Assembly (NCBI GenBank): GCA_047614005.1
Contig: JBLHIK010000003.1
Span: 1 to 39,502 of the forward strand
Length of the DNA stretch: 39,502 bases
Direction: 5' to 3'
Origin: Flavobacteriaceae bacterium
Lineage (GTDB): Bacteria; Patescibacteriota; Minisyncoccia; Phycocordibacterales; UBA1006
Shown: positions 11,813 to 22,269 of the stretch, piece after piece
Numbering within the stretch: the first letter of the stretch is position 1
How the letters are laid out: each line of letters starts with the position of its first letter
Notes under the pieces: generated by a model
Told to the model about the DNA's origin: nothing
What the model saw: only the letters and a program-made list of their open reading frames with translations
Database searches by the model: none
Made by a program: the position numbers and the translations under genes

Positions 11813-13741
11813 ATGACAGATTACAATAGGCAAAGAGAACAGAACAGTGGAGACGATACACTCAATAAAGCAATAAAGAAAATCATACCAAAGCAAGCAC
11901 GAACAGCAAAAGGTACGAGAAATCAACAGCAACAAAACCAGCAAGGACAATACAGCGGTGGTAATAAAAGAAACATAATAAAGACACCAAAGCCTGCTAA
12001 AAGGACTCCTATGCGTCGTCGAAGAAATCCTCTTCCACGAAAAGCAGTGTATAATGTGCCACCACTTGCTCCAAACACTATCCGAATAGTTCCTCTTGGA
12101 GGAACAGAGGAGATTGGGCGAAACATGACTCTTGTTGAATACAATGATCAAATTATTGTTATTGATGCAGGTATTGAATTTACTGATGCTGATACACCAG
12201 GAGTTGATTATATTATTCCAAACACAACATACCTTGAAGAGCGAAAACATCTCATCAAAGCTGTTGTGATCACTCATGGTCACCTCGACCACATCGGTGC
12301 ATTACCTTACCTTATAGAAAAAATAGGAAATCCTCCTATCTACTGTCGCGAATTTGGTGCTCTTCTAATCAAGCGTAAGCTAGCAGAATTTCCACAACTT
12401 CCCCCTATCAACATAAAGATTGTTGAAAAAGATGATGGTTCTCTCAAAATCACAGATGATCTATCTGTAACTTTCTTTGGACTTACTCACTCTATTCCTG
12501 ACTCTACAGGTGTGATCATAGAAACTCCTTTTGGAGATATTATATCTACAGGAGATGTGCGTGTTGAAAATATTGATGGAATACCAGTGCAAAAAGAAAT
12601 TGATCAGTATAAATTCCTTGCAGATCGAAATGTACTTCTCATGACTATGGACTCGACAGGTATTACTGATCCGGGATGGTCTCAATCAGAAGAACGCGTA
12701 CTTGATAACCTTGATGAGATTATTCGTACAGCAAAAGGACGTATCATACTTGCTACGTTTGCTTCTCAAGTAGAGCGTATTATTTCAATACTTGAAAGTG
12801 CTAAAAAGTATGGACGTGTTGTTGTCATAGAAGGACGAAGCATGAAGATGAATGTATCTATTGTAGAGGAGCTCAAGCTCACTGATCTTTCTCATATTAT
12901 TGAACCAGAATACATGGATGACTATCCACCTCACAAGCTCATTATGATCGCTACAGGTGGTCAAGGAGAAGAGTTTGCCGCGCTTTCACGTATAGCAAAC
13001 AAGACACACAAAAGCATCCGCCTCACCTCTCTCGATACAGTGATTCTTTCATCATCTATTATTCCAGGGAACGAAGCTGCTATTGATAAACTCAAAGACA
13101 ACCTTTATCGCTCTGACGCACATGTTCTTACATATATAGACTCTATGGTGCATGCATCAGGACACGGACGACGAGACGAGCTTGCATGGATCCATACACA
13201 GATACCTTACAAATACTTCATGCCAATCCATGGACATCATTATCGGCTCAAAATGCACAAAGAGCTTGCTATAAAGCTCGGAGCTCAAGAAGATAGAGTG
13301 ATCGTTCCAGACAACGGAAGTATTATTGAAATAAGCAACAATGGAGACACTATAATATTGAGAGATGAAAAAGTACCAGCTGAGAAAATAACAATCGATG
13401 GTACGAAGATCTCAGAGAGACAAGAGCTCGTACTTCGAGATCGAAAGATACTTGCAAATGACGGTATCTTCGTTATCGTTGCAACTCTCAACATGAAGAC
13501 AAAGAAACTCAAGAAATCTCCTGATATTATTTCTCGAGGATTTGTCTATCTCAAAGAAGAACGAGATCTTCTCAAAGATTCAAGAAATCTTGTAAAGAGA
13601 CTTGTAGAAGGTGCTGCTGAAAAAAGTAAACCAATAGACTTTGATAGACTCAAAGACGATATTACAAAGAAGCTCACTCAGTTCCTTTTCCAAAAAACTC
13701 AAAAGGAACCTCTTATCATTCCTGTGGTGATTGTTGCGTAA
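11813..13741 (+). CDS. rnj: Ribonuclease J
   Basis: PLGGTEEIGRNM, THGHLDHIG, THSIPD, TGD, HASGH, MPIHG and PDIISRGF motifs. Confidence 0.97.
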   Translation: MTDYNRQREQNSGDDTLNKAIKKIIPKQARTAKGTRNQQQQNQQGQYSGGNKRNIIKTPKPAKRTPMRRRRNPLPRKAVYNVPPLAPNTIRIVPLGGTEEIGRNMTLVEYNDQIIVIDAGIEFTDADTPGVDYIIPNTTYLEERKHLIKAVVITHGHLDHIGALPYLIEKIGNPPIYCREFGALLIKRKLAEFPQLPPINIKIVEKDDGSLKITDDLSVTFFGLTHSIPDSTGVIIETPFGDIISTGDVRVENIDGIPVQKEIDQYKFLADRNVLLMTMDSTGITDPGWSQSEERVLDNLDEIIRTAKGRIILATFASQVERIISILESAKKYGRVVVIEGRSMKMNVSIVEELKLTDLSHIIEPEYMDDYPPHKLIMIATGGQGEEFAALSRIANKTHKSIRLTSLDTVILSSSIIPGNEAAIDKLKDNLYRSDAHVLTYIDSMVHASGHGRRDELAWIHTQIPYKYFMPIHGHHYRLKMHKELAIKLGAQEDRVIVPDNGSIIEISNNGDTIILRDEKVPAEKITIDGTKISERQELVLRDRKILANDGIFVIVATLNMKTKKLKKSPDIISRGFVYLKEERDLLKDSRNLVKRLVEGAAEKSKPIDFDRLKDDITKKLTQFLFQKTQKEPLIIPVVIVA

Positions 13742-13816
13742 GACACAACACTCAAATAAATAAAAACGCTTTCCTTATGAACAAAAACAGAGCTTTCGCT
13801 CTGTTTTTGGTATCTG

Positions 13817-13964
13817 CGGGTCTTGGACTCGCTTATTCTCGTGGATATTTTCCTTCATGTATTCGGAAAATATCTCACTCCCTTAGGCTACACTCGGCCA
13901 TTCACCCTTCCTTTCAGTCAGGTCGGCTTCGCATGGCCTCGGTTTCGAGTCCTCGTGGACTCTC
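13817..13964 (-). repeat. tRNA-Trp-associated structured element, distal copy (variant core)
   Basis: Bounded by cgggtcttggactcg and ttcgagtcctcgtggac, which are inverted copies of the tRNA-Trp 3' end. Confidence 0.75.
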
Positions 13965-14010
13965 GCAAAAGCAAACGACACAAAGGCTCTGCCTTTGTGT
14001 CGTGCTTTTG

Positions 14011-14160
14011 CGGGTCTTGGACTCGGCCACTCTTATGGATATTTATTTCGTCTTGCAGGCTCATAAATATCTCATGCGTTCGGCCCCAAAAACTCATCTG
14101 CAATTTCGATAAAGTCTCATTGCAGTAAATTCGTTTTCTTTCGAGTCCTCGTGGACGCTC
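14011..14160 (-). repeat. tRNA-Trp-associated structured element, proximal copy
   Basis: Same tRNA-derived ends as 13817..13964. Core similar to the elements at 19540..19689 and 22270..22421. Confidence 0.8.
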
Positions 14161-14206
14161 GCAAAAGCAAACGACACAAAGGCTCTGCCTTTGTGTCGTG
14201 CTTTTG

Positions 14207-14277
14207 CGGGTCCACGAGGACTCGAACCTCGGACGTCGGTTTTGGAGACCGAAATTTTACCACTAAACTATAGACCC
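14207..14277 (-). tRNA. tRNA-Trp (CCA)
   Basis: GGGTCTATAGTTTAGTGGTAAAATTTCGGTCTCCAAAACCGACGTCCGAGGTTCGAGTCCTCGTGGACCCG folds as a cloverleaf. 3' CCA not encoded. Confidence 0.95.
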
Positions 14278-14343
14278 ATTATGAAGTTATAATTATAACT
14301 TCATAAATATAGCATATTTTATTCTTTTTCCTAAAAATAAAAG

Positions 14344-17052
14344 CTATTTTTTTACTATTTCTTTCTTCTTTGTTCTCTTTGTCTTTGTCTTTGTCTTTGT
14401 CTTTGTAAGATTATCTAACACCAGAGACTGTATACCTTTTTCTTCTTGAACTGATACGAGTACAGTATCTCCTTCTTTTATTTTATTTCCAATAAGATCA
14501 GTTGCTACTGGATTCAGTATTTCTGTCTGTATAAGACGAGCAAGAGGTCGTGCTCCGTAGTGAGGATCATATCCTTTCTTTGCAAGATACTCTGAAGCTT
14601 CCTTCGATAGAGTAAGAGTAATGCCTTTTTCTATAAGCATTTTTTCTATTTTTGCAATACGAATGTCTACAATACGAGCAATAGCTTCAGCAGAAAGAAT
14701 ATCGAATATTACTATTTCATCAATACGGTTGATAAATTCTGGACGGAAATGATCTTTGAGTGTTTCTTGTATCTTTGTTTTCGTTTGAGCATAGTCTTCT
14801 GCATCAGTATTCTCAGAAAAACCAAGGGTTTCCATTTTTTCTACATGCTGTGAACCAATATTACTCGTCATAATGATAATAGTATTTTTGAAGTTTACTA
14901 CGCGCCCTTTACTGTCCGTAAGTCGCCCATCATCGAGAACTTGAAGAAGCATATTAAAAACTTCTGGATGTGCCTTTTCTATCTCATCGAAAAGAACCAC
15001 TGAATATGGACGGTGTCGCACTTGTTCTGTGAGTTGCCCTGAGTCATCATGACCAATATATCCAGGAGGAGACCCTATGAGCTTTGAGATACTATGTGCT
15101 TCCATATACTCACTCATATCAATACGAATAAGAGCTTTTTCATCGTTGAAAATAAACTCTGCAAGGCTTTTTGTCAGTTCTGTTTTACCTACACCAGTCG
15201 GACCTAGAAGCAAGAATGAACCGATAGGTTTTTCAGGATCAGCTATACCAGCTCTCGAACGACGAACTACGTGTGCTATTTTCTCCAGAGCGTTATCTTG
15301 ACCGATGACACGCTTACGTAGAACATCTTCCATCTTCGCTAGTTTTGCTCGATCCTCTTCAATCATTTTTGCAAGTGGTATACCTGTCCACTTCGCAACC
15401 ACCTCAGCAATGTCTTCGCTGTTGATTTCCTCTTTCAAAATCCTTCTGTTTTTCTGAAGTTTTTTCAAACGATTCATTTTCTTGTCGAGTTCTTTTTTCA
15501 TTGCTGGTATTTTGCCATACCAGATTTCAGCAGCAGAACCAAGATCTACTTTTTGTTCTGCATTTTCTGCCTCGAGACGCAATGACTCAAGATTATGTTT
15601 TATCTCTCGAATACTCATGAGTATTTCTTTTTCATTTTTCCATTTTAGCTCGAGCTCTTTTGAATTTTCTTCAAGATTTGCAATATTGCTTACAATTTCC
15701 TTCATGCGATCTTGTGTCTTTTTATCTTTTTTAGTACTTGAATCAAGCTCTTGTTTGAGAGCTTGTCTTTCTATCTCAAGGCTCATAATCTTTCTATTTG
15801 CCTCTTCTAGAGCTGGCGGCTTGTTTTCAAGAGCCATGCGTAGTGAAGATGAAGCTTCGTCGATAAGATCAATAGCTTTATCTGGAAGGTAACGACTCGT
15901 GAGATATCTCTTTGAAAAAGTCACTGCAGACGTAATAGCGTCGTCAGTAATACGCACTCCGTGAAAGAGTTCATATTTCTCTTTTAATCCTCGTAGGATA
16001 GCTACAGCGTCTTCTACAGATGGTTCTTCTACGTAAACAGGTTGGAAACGTCGAGTAAGAGCAGGGTCTTTTTCTATATGCTTTTGATACTCACGCAAAG
16101 TAGTCGCGCCGATAGCACGTAGCTCGCCACGAGCAAGGGCAGGTTTGAGTAGATTTGCAGCATCAAGTGACCCATCAGTAGCACCAGCGCCGACAATGGT
16201 ATGTATTTCATCTATAAAAAGGATCATGTTACCATCTGCTTTTTCCATGTCTTTCAAAACCCCTTTGAGTCTTTCTTCAAATTCTCCTCGATATTTAGTA
16301 CCAGCTAAAAGCGAGCCGAGGTCAAGCGACACTATCTCCTTTCCCTTAAGAGATTCTGAGACATCATTTTTTGCGATACGCTGAGCGAGACCTTCTGCGA
16401 CAGCAGTCTTACCTACACCAGCTTCACCGATGAGAATAGGGTTGTTTTTTGTGCGTCGTGAGAGTATTTGCATAATACGCATGATTTCACTATCGCGTCC
16501 TATCACAGGGTCGAGCTTATCTTCTCGAGCAAGGTCGGTGAGATTGCGTGTGTATTTTGTTAGGAATCGATATTTTGGATTTGGCTTTTTTTCAGGAGAA
16601 GACTCTTCATCACGAAGTTCAGCGACTATCTCTAGTACCTTTTCTTTTTTAATACGGAAGCGAGAAAGGAGTTTTTGTACATCTCCTGGAACTTCCAAAA
16701 GAGAAATGAAAAGATGCTCTGTCGATACAAATTCATCTTTCATATATTCTGCCACCTTCCCTGCATTTTCTATTACCTCTGCAACATCAGGAGTAAGATA
16801 CATTTGATACGATGGCGCTGTGGCATCTTTTGTAATAGGCATGTCAATAGATTCCAAAATAGAGTCAGTAAGGTGTATTGTGTCCACTTCCAACTTATCT
16901 AGAATAGATAGTACGATAGACTCATCCTGCATCAAAAGTGCAGCAAAAAGATGAAAGGATGATACATGATTTTGGCCACGTTCAATAGCCAGCTCGTGAG
17001 AGCGTTTTATAGATTCTTTTGCTTTTGTTGTAAAATGATGAAATGGAATCAT
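14344..17052 (-). CDS. clpB: ATP-dependent chaperone ClpB
   Basis: Clp N-domain, two AAA modules ([16 protein letters not shown]) and a long coiled-coil middle domain. Confidence 0.93.
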   Translation of the reverse strand: MIPFHHFTTKAKESIKRSHELAIERGQNHVSSFHLFAALLMQDESIVLSILDKLEVDTIHLTDSILESIDMPITKDATAPSYQMYLTPDVAEVIENAGKVAEYMKDEFVSTEHLFISLLEVPGDVQKLLSRFRIKKEKVLEIVAELRDEESSPEKKPNPKYRFLTKYTRNLTDLAREDKLDPVIGRDSEIMRIMQILSRRTKNNPILIGEAGVGKTAVAEGLAQRIAKNDVSESLKGKEIVSLDLGSLLAGTKYRGEFEERLKGVLKDMEKADGNMILFIDEIHTIVGAGATDGSLDAANLLKPALARGELRAIGATTLREYQKHIEKDPALTRRFQPVYVEEPSVEDAVAILRGLKEKYELFHGVRITDDAITSAVTFSKRYLTSRYLPDKAIDLIDEASSSLRMALENKPPALEEANRKIMSLEIERQALKQELDSSTKKDKKTQDRMKEIVSNIANLEENSKELELKWKNEKEILMSIREIKHNLESLRLEAENAEQKVDLGSAAEIWYGKIPAMKKELDKKMNRLKKLQKNRRILKEEINSEDIAEVVAKWTGIPLAKMIEEDRAKLAKMEDVLRKRVIGQDNALEKIAHVVRRSRAGIADPEKPIGSFLLLGPTGVGKTELTKSLAEFIFNDEKALIRIDMSEYMEAHSISKLIGSPPGYIGHDDSGQLTEQVRHRPYSVVLFDEIEKAHPEVFNMLLQVLDDGRLTDSKGRVVNFKNTIIIMTSNIGSQHVEKMETLGFSENTDAEDYAQTKTKIQETLKDHFRPEFINRIDEIVIFDILSAEAIARIVDIRIAKIEKMLIEKGITLTLSKEASEYLAKKGYDPHYGARPLARLIQTEILNPVATDLIGNKIKEGDTVLVSVQEEKGIQSLVLDNLTKTKTKTKTKRTKKKEIVKK

Positions 17053-17156
17053 ATGTATTTATATTAGTTAACTCCTCCTATAATAACACATTGCTATATT
17101 TACTTAAAGTTTTTCAAAAAGCAAGTACTTTTCCAGTTCATATAAAAAAATGAAGG

Positions 17157-17198
17157 AGGTCCGACCTACACATGCAGGAGGTCGGACCTCCTGCATGT
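17157..17198. repeat. Two AGGTC(C/G)GACCT palindromic repeats
   Basis: aggtccgacct followed by acatgcaggaggtc-g-gacctcctgcatgt. Confidence 0.8.
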
Positions 17199-17286
17199 TT
17201 TTTCTTTTTGACTTTATAAGAAAGAGGCGTATACTTTCATCTGTTCTTTTAATAAATCTCATTTAATTTAACTAAAGCTGGAAAAT

Positions 17287-17517
17287 ATGATTGATATAAC
17301 AGATTTCTTCTTTTTTATGAGCCTCTGCATTTTGATCTTTTTACTTATGAGATATCTCATAAAATCTATCACAATGTTTTCCAACATTATGATAGATTAT
17401 AAAAAAAATCAAAAAGATATTTTTGATACATGTGCCATTTGCATACTAATGGCACTTGGCATTATCATCGTACCTTTAATGGCACTCATAATACCTTTTT
17501 CTGGTGACATTAAATAA
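17287..17517 (+). CDS. Small two-TM hypothetical membrane protein
   Basis: Hydrophobic 76-aa ORF downstream of TTGACT-16bp-TATACT (~17208..17235). Confidence 0.55.
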   Translation: MIDITDFFFFMSLCILIFLLMRYLIKSITMFSNIMIDYKKNQKDIFDTCAICILMALGIIIVPLMALIIPFSGDIK

Positions 17518-17557
17518 ACTTGAATATAGTAACCTCACATACATAAGTATGATGAGG

Positions 17558-18751
17558 TTATTTTTTATACTTTCCTTTTATCTCTATGAGAGCTTTTATG
17601 AGAATATCAATATCTTTTTTTTCTGTCTCTCTTCCAAAAGAAAGACGTATTCCAGCTCTATTTTCCTCAGAGACACCAAGATAATGAAGAGGTGTTACTA
17701 TTTCATCGTGATTTACTTTACACGCTGAAGCTGTTGCTACATATATTCCATGTGCATCAAGCTCAAACAAAAGCACTTCGCTCTTCATATTTTCCATACT
17801 GAAAAAGAGAATATGCGGTGAGATATTCTCAATATCTCCATATGCTACAGCATTCACTAAAGAGAGCTTTTCTCTTATATACGTTTGTATTTCCTTTAAT
17901 CGATCATATTCCTTCTCTTGATTCTTCTTTATGTCTCGACATGCAATACGCATACCTTCAATAAGTGGAGTTGCAGGACTTCCCCCTCTCCTTTTTCTTT
18001 GATGACCCGTTGAAAATATAGTTGGATCTACATATACACCTTCTTTTATAAAGAGAATACCTATTCCTCTCGGTCCATATATTTTAGAGCCACCAAATGA
18101 AAGAAAGTCTACTCCTAGTTTTTTTACATCTATAGGAAGATAAGGGAATGCCTGTGCCGCGTCGGTAAATAAATATGGAAAAGAAGAAATAGATGTTCTG
18201 CTGTGTTGTTTTTTAAATTTACGAATTATTTTTGAAATCTCTGAAATAGATTGAACTGTACCAAGTTCATTTTGTACATAAATAATAGACACGAGAACAG
18301 TGTTTTCTTGTAGACTACTACGAACCTCTTCAGGTGATATATATCCATGCTCATTTACTGATATCCATGTAATCTCAACTCCGTATTTTTTCAGCTCATG
18401 AGCTGTTTCTATAGTAATACTATGCTCAAATTCAGAGAGTATGATGTGAGGATTTACGACACCTTTTTCGAGAGCATTTTCCACAACACCACGAAGAACA
18501 GTAACGATGTTTTCGGTACTACCTGATGTAAAAACTATTTCTCGCTCACTCGCTCCTATGTATTGTGATATTTCTTTTTGAGCATTTGTAATACACAGAG
18601 ATGCTTCTACTCCTTTTTTGTGCAAGGCAGAGGGATTTGCAAAACAGTTCTGCTCAATCTCCCTCATCGCATTTGAAACATTTTCGCTCACCGGAGTAGA
18701 CGAAGCATAGTCAAAATATATTTCTTTTTTCTTTTTTCTAAAAAAACTCAT
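17558..18751 (-). CDS. Cysteine desulfurase (IscS/NifS family, PLP-dependent)
   Basis: YFDYASSTP, ANPSALH, FTSGSTE, NELGTVQ, TDAAQ, SKIYGPRG and ASAC motifs. Start set at ATG 18751 because the longer ORF overlaps a tRNA. Confidence 0.9.
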   Translation of the reverse strand: MSFFRKKKKEIYFDYASSTPVSENVSNAMREIEQNCFANPSALHKKGVEASLCITNAQKEISQYIGASEREIVFTSGSTENIVTVLRGVVENALEKGVVNPHIILSEFEHSITIETAHELKKYGVEITWISVNEHGYISPEEVRSSLQENTVLVSIIYVQNELGTVQSISEISKIIRKFKKQHSRTSISSFPYLFTDAAQAFPYLPIDVKKLGVDFLSFGGSKIYGPRGIGILFIKEGVYVDPTIFSTGHQRKRRGGSPATPLIEGMRIACRDIKKNQEKEYDRLKEIQTYIREKLSLVNAVAYGDIENISPHILFFSMENMKSEVLLFELDAHGIYVATASACKVNHDEIVTPLHYLGVSEENRAGIRLSFGRETEKKDIDILIKALIEIKGKYKK

Positions 18752-18752
18752 G

Positions 18753-18836
18753 TGCCGAGAGCGGGAATTGAACCCGCACGCCATATATGGCAAGGGATTT
18801 TAAGTCCCTCGTGTCTACCTATTCCACCATCTCGGC
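18753..18836 (-). tRNA. tRNA-Leu (TAA)
   Basis: GCCGAGATGGTGGAATAGGTAGACACGAGGGACTTAAAATCCCT...GGTTCAATTCCCGCTCTCGGCA, with a long variable arm. Confidence 0.95.
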
Positions 18837-18926
18837 ATAAAAATATGTCTATATTTTTAATATGTTTAATACTATCAATATTTAGTTCAATAAACAAGAA
18901 AGCCTAAGTTTTTCAAAACTTAGGCT

Positions 18927-19325
18927 TTAGTATTTTTTTCTTGTTTGATTTTTGCCGTAATTTTTTACGAACAAAATGACAAGAATTAAAAATAAAAAAA
19001 TAGAATATAACATTACTACAGAAAAATATGTTATTTTGAAAAGATTAAATACATACGTTATTGTAATAATATTTGGCATGAAACATAGTGCTGCTACAGA
19101 CGCAACAGCTAAAGATCTTTTCATGTCATATGTTCTAAAATTTCTTGTAATAAAATAAATCATTTGTACAAAAAAAGCAGTACAAATAATAAATAAAAAC
19201 AACAATAAATAGTTACGAGGTATTAAAACTGGAGCAAAAAACCTTATCCCAGCACTAACCAAAGATACTAAAAACAAAACCAACACAATAACACATCTCT
19301 TTTGTGCACTCATTTTCTTTTTCAT
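18927..19325 (-). CDS. Four-TM hypothetical membrane protein
   Basis: Very AT-rich hydrophobic ORF with an upstream TTGAGT..TATAAT and a downstream hairpin (18898..18927). Confidence 0.65.
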   Translation of the reverse strand: MKKKMSAQKRCVIVLVLFLVSLVSAGIRFFAPVLIPRNYLLLFLFIICTAFFVQMIYFITRNFRTYDMKRSLAVASVAALCFMPNIITITYVFNLFKITYFSVVMLYSIFLFLILVILFVKNYGKNQTRKKY

Positions 19326-19432
19326 GTTTGAGAATTTTTAAGGTTCACAATATACAGCATGTATATATAAAAAGTATTATACTCTTTTTATATAAAAACT
19401 CAATAGAAAGAGCTTTGCTCTTTGTGTCTATT

Positions 19433-19537
19433 TTAAAACAACAAAAAATACACTTAGGTGTCTTTTCTTAAAACAACAAAAAACACACTTAGGTGTCTTT
19501 TCTTAAAACAACAAAAAACACACTTAGGTGTCTTTTT
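19433..19537. repeat. Three tandem 35-bp repeats of the tRNA-Cys 3' trailer hairpin
   Basis: ttaaaacaacaaaaaa(c/t)acacttaggtgtctttt starts at 19433, 19468 and 19503, with another copy at ~19731..19766. Confidence 0.9.
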
Positions 19538-19539
19538 TG

Positions 19540-19689
19540 AGGTACGGGGATTCGGCCACCGTTTTGGAGATTTTTACGAATTAGAAATTCGTAAAAATAT
19601 CTCAAAACCTCGACCCCGTCGCCTCATCTGCAATTTCGCCAAAGGCTCAATGCAGTAAATTCGGCTTTCTTCGAATCCCGCCTGTACCA
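19540..19689 (-). repeat. tRNA-Cys-associated structured element
   Basis: Bounded by aggtacggggattcg and ttcgaatcccgcctgtacc, inverted copies of the tRNA-Cys 3' end. Core shared with the Trp and Leu elements. Confidence 0.8.
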
Positions 19690-19767
19690 AGAAAATAAAG
19701 AACCCAAAGCATAGCTTTGGGTTCTTTATTTTAAAACAACAAAAAACACACTTAGGTGTCTTTTTTG

Positions 19768-19839
19768 AGGTACGGGCGGGATTCGAACCCGCGCATGTTG
19801 GTTTTGCAGACCAATGTGTTACCACTTCACCACCGTACC
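19768..19839 (-). tRNA. tRNA-Cys (GCA)
   Basis: GGTACGGTGGTGAAGTGGTAACACATTGGTCTGCAAAACCAACATGCGCGGGTTCGAATCCCGCCCGTACCT cloverleaf with U73 discriminator. Confidence 0.95.
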
Positions 19840-19852
19840 GCCTCCTTTTTTA

Positions 19853-20194
19853 TTATTCTTCTTGAGAGACACCTTCTTGTATAGAAATTTCTTCTATACG
19901 TTGACGATTCACCTCTCCATAATCAACACTGAAATCAAAGAAAGGGACACGTCGCGTGTTAGTATTTTTCATGATAGCTGAACGCAAATCATCTCTTTTG
20001 CGTTGCAAGAATGCCAACACTTCTTCTTCCTTTTCTCTTGGCAAAACTGTAACATAAATAGTAGCTCTTTTAAAGTCACGAGACATGTTGATATTTGAAA
20101 CAGTTATAAGAGAATCCCTGTTGGACTCTTGAATAATGAAGTTTGCTATCACTTCACGTAAAACTTCTTTCATTTGTAGTACTCTATCGTGCAT
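19853..20194 (-). CDS. rbfA: Ribosome-binding factor A
   Basis: ITV...MSRD.K.A.IYVT and RRVP.F.F..D motifs; directly downstream of infB. Confidence 0.9.
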   Translation of the reverse strand: MHDRVLQMKEVLREVIANFIIQESNRDSLITVSNINMSRDFKRATIYVTVLPREKEEEVLAFLQRKRDDLRSAIMKNTNTRRVPFFDFSVDYGEVNRQRIEEISIQEGVSQEE

Positions 20195-20205
20195 AATTAT
20201 ATATA

Positions 20206-21705
20206 TTATCTTATTTCTGTCGTATAAAAAGCCAAAACATCTCCTGCCTCCATGTCGGCATCAGCCATCACCTCCATTCCACACTCATCCCCTTTTTCCA
20301 GCTTGTCGGTGCTTTGTTTTGCGCGCTGTATGCCTTCTATTTTCCCTTTTCCTACTTTTTCATCATTGCGAATAATATCAAACTTAGATTTGAGAACTGC
20401 AATACCGTCTTGCATGCGACCACCTATCACTTGTCGCTTTTTTTGATTATTAAATATTGCAAGAACTTTCAAAGACCCAATATCATCACGTCTCTCTTTG
20501 AGAGGTTTCTTTTCAAGAAGTATTTTCTGTAGCCATTCTTCAAGCTCATAGATAATAGAAAAGTTTTTCATTGTTGCGCCAACGGCTTCTTGAGCAGCTT
20601 GCGCATTCGCATCTATATTACTATTAAAACCTACTATTACTGCATTACTATCAGCAGCAGCGAGATGTACGTCATTTTCACTAATAGCTCCTACATCAGC
20701 AACAAGCACCTTGTAGCATATCTCTTCATGAGCAACACGCTCTACTATGCCTTGCACTGCCTGAACAGAACCAATAGTATCAGCACGTATCACAAGAGGA
20801 ATACATACATCACCTGTCACATTTGAATGCAATGGAGCAGTACCCTCATTAAAAGCGCGATATTCTGTCACACACTCCTCCATCCCCTTTTTATCATCAG
20901 CTGATGAGAAAAGTGATCCAGCTACTGGCACTTCAGAAAATCCAGTGATTTGGACAGGAGTAGAAAATGTAGCTTCTTTAATAGCTTTTCCATTAAAATC
21001 TTCAAATATTCTTACTTTTGCATATGATTCATTTTGAGCAATAGCAAACATTCCACTCTTTAGTGTTCCATCTTTTATAATCATAGTAGCTGACACTCCT
21101 CTTTTTGCATCACGATGTGACTCTATAATAAAACCAGTTGCAGGAATATCTGGATTCCCTGTGAGCTCTTCGAGCTCAGCAACCAACAGCAACACATCCA
21201 AAAGATCATCTATTCCCGTTCCTTCTTTTGCTGAAATAGCAGTTACAGGAATATCTCCTCCATATCCTTCAACATACACTTCATTTTCCATAAGTGTTTG
21301 TTTTGTCCGGTCTATGTTTGCATTTGGTTTATCAATCTTATTAATAGCAACCACAAAAGGTATTTTTGCTTTTTTGATAGCATCGAGAGCTTCTTTTGTT
21401 TGCTCTTTTACTCCGTCTTCTGCAGACACCACAAGAATAGCAATATCAGCAGCACCAGCACCTGATGCACGCATAAGAGAAAAAGCCTCATGTCCAGGAG
21501 TATCGAGAAATGTAACTTTCTTTTTCTCTCCTTCGTGTTCGTGCACTACCTCATAAGCACTGATTGCTTGAGTAATACCACCAGCTTCACCATCTACGAT
21601 ATTAGTCTTTCTTATATAGTCTAAAAGTGTTGATTTGCCATGATCAACATGTCCCATAACAACCACTACAGGTGAGCGTGGTATTTTTACCATTTCTTTA
21701 TTCAT
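20206..21705 (-). CDS. infB: Translation initiation factor IF-2 (short, no N-terminal domain)
   Basis: RSPVVVVMGHVDHGKST, GEAGGITQ, FLDTPGHEAF and NKID motifs. Confidence 0.97.
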   Translation of the reverse strand: MNKEMVKIPRSPVVVVMGHVDHGKSTLLDYIRKTNIVDGEAGGITQAISAYEVVHEHEGEKKKVTFLDTPGHEAFSLMRASGAGAADIAILVVSAEDGVKEQTKEALDAIKKAKIPFVVAINKIDKPNANIDRTKQTLMENEVYVEGYGGDIPVTAISAKEGTGIDDLLDVLLLVAELEELTGNPDIPATGFIIESHRDAKRGVSATMIIKDGTLKSGMFAIAQNESYAKVRIFEDFNGKAIKEATFSTPVQITGFSEVPVAGSLFSSADDKKGMEECVTEYRAFNEGTAPLHSNVTGDVCIPLVIRADTIGSVQAVQGIVERVAHEEICYKVLVADVGAISENDVHLAAADSNAVIVGFNSNIDANAQAAQEAVGATMKNFSIIYELEEWLQKILLEKKPLKERRDDIGSLKVLAIFNNQKKRQVIGGRMQDGIAVLKSKFDIIRNDEKVGKGKIEGIQRAKQSTDKLEKGDECGMEVMADADMEAGDVLAFYTTEIR

Positions 21706-22147
21706 GGAATGCGAGAGCTAAGGCTTTTTTTTCTTCTACAGAGAGTTCTACAGAACAAATACCTCCTTCTACCTCTTTTGAAAATACACTTGTTCTCTCT
21801 CTAGAGTAAAGGCTCGATATTATACATCCATCTTGATTATCATTAAGAAGAGCAAGAGCAAAACTTTGTTTTGCTCCAGTATCAGAAAAAGCATCAAACC
21901 GAACAAGGCCTTTCTTTGAAAAGGCATTGTCAGCTCTATTTTCAAGCACTTTTACTTGAGAGAGGAGTGACATGTGTGCTGTTTTGAGATCTTTGTTTTC
22001 AGAAAGAAGAGTGGCAAAAACCGATTCCATGCTCTCCCCGTTCTTTCCTTTCATAAAAGCAGATATTTTTATCCATAAAAAAACCACAGCGGCAAAGCTG
22101 AGTATTGAAAGTGAAGCTATGAGATATATGATAATTTGATTTGACAT
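21698..22147 (-). CDS. DUF4446-like membrane-anchored protein
   Basis: N-terminal TM, coiled coil, then GLVRFDAF.D.G..QSFALALL...DG.IISSLYSRE. Confidence 0.8.
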   Translation of the reverse strand: MSNQIIIYLIASLSILSFAAVVFLWIKISAFMKGKNGESMESVFATLLSENKDLKTAHMSLLSQVKVLENRADNAFSKKGLVRFDAFSDTGAKQSFALALLNDNQDGCIISSLYSRERTSVFSKEVEGGICSVELSVEEKKALALAFHE

Positions 22148-22186
22148 AAGTAATTAAAATAAGAAAAAAGTAAGTTGTGTATTTTC

Positions 22187-22239
22187 GAGGTCCGACCTCA
22201 TCTTCAGAGGTCGGACCTCATCTTCAAAGGTCGGACCTC
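22187..22239. repeat. Three tandem AGGTC(C/G)GACCTC palindromes, 20-bp period
   Basis: gaggtccgacctcatcttca-gaggtcggacctcatcttca-aaggtcggacctc. Confidence 0.85.
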
Positions 22240-22269
22240 AAAAATGTTCATTCGAAATTGTTGTTTATG

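Noticed and set aside
13777-14128. ORFs over the tRNA-associated elements (also 19458..19825 and 22177..22792)
   Set aside because: They overlap tRNAs or palindromic repeats and show no protein-like motifs.
14378-14406. (GTCTTT)n microsatellite in the clpB 3' end as a phase-variation switch
   Set aside because: The 6-bp unit keeps the reading frame and only alters a Lys/Thr tail.
17070-17080. AGGAGG upstream of clpB as a Shine-Dalgarno site
   Set aside because: It is about 20 nt from the ATG, too far for a canonical SD, and the 16S lacks CCUCC.
19628-19656. UGAG-N7-CGAAA in the element core as a hammerhead ribozyme
   Set aside because: There is no intact CUGANGA core. The flanks pair with each other as a simple hairpin rather than a three-way junction.
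19433-19766. 35-bp repeats as a CRISPR array
   Set aside because: The copies are head-to-tail without spacers, no cas genes are present, and the unit is the tRNA-Cys trailer.
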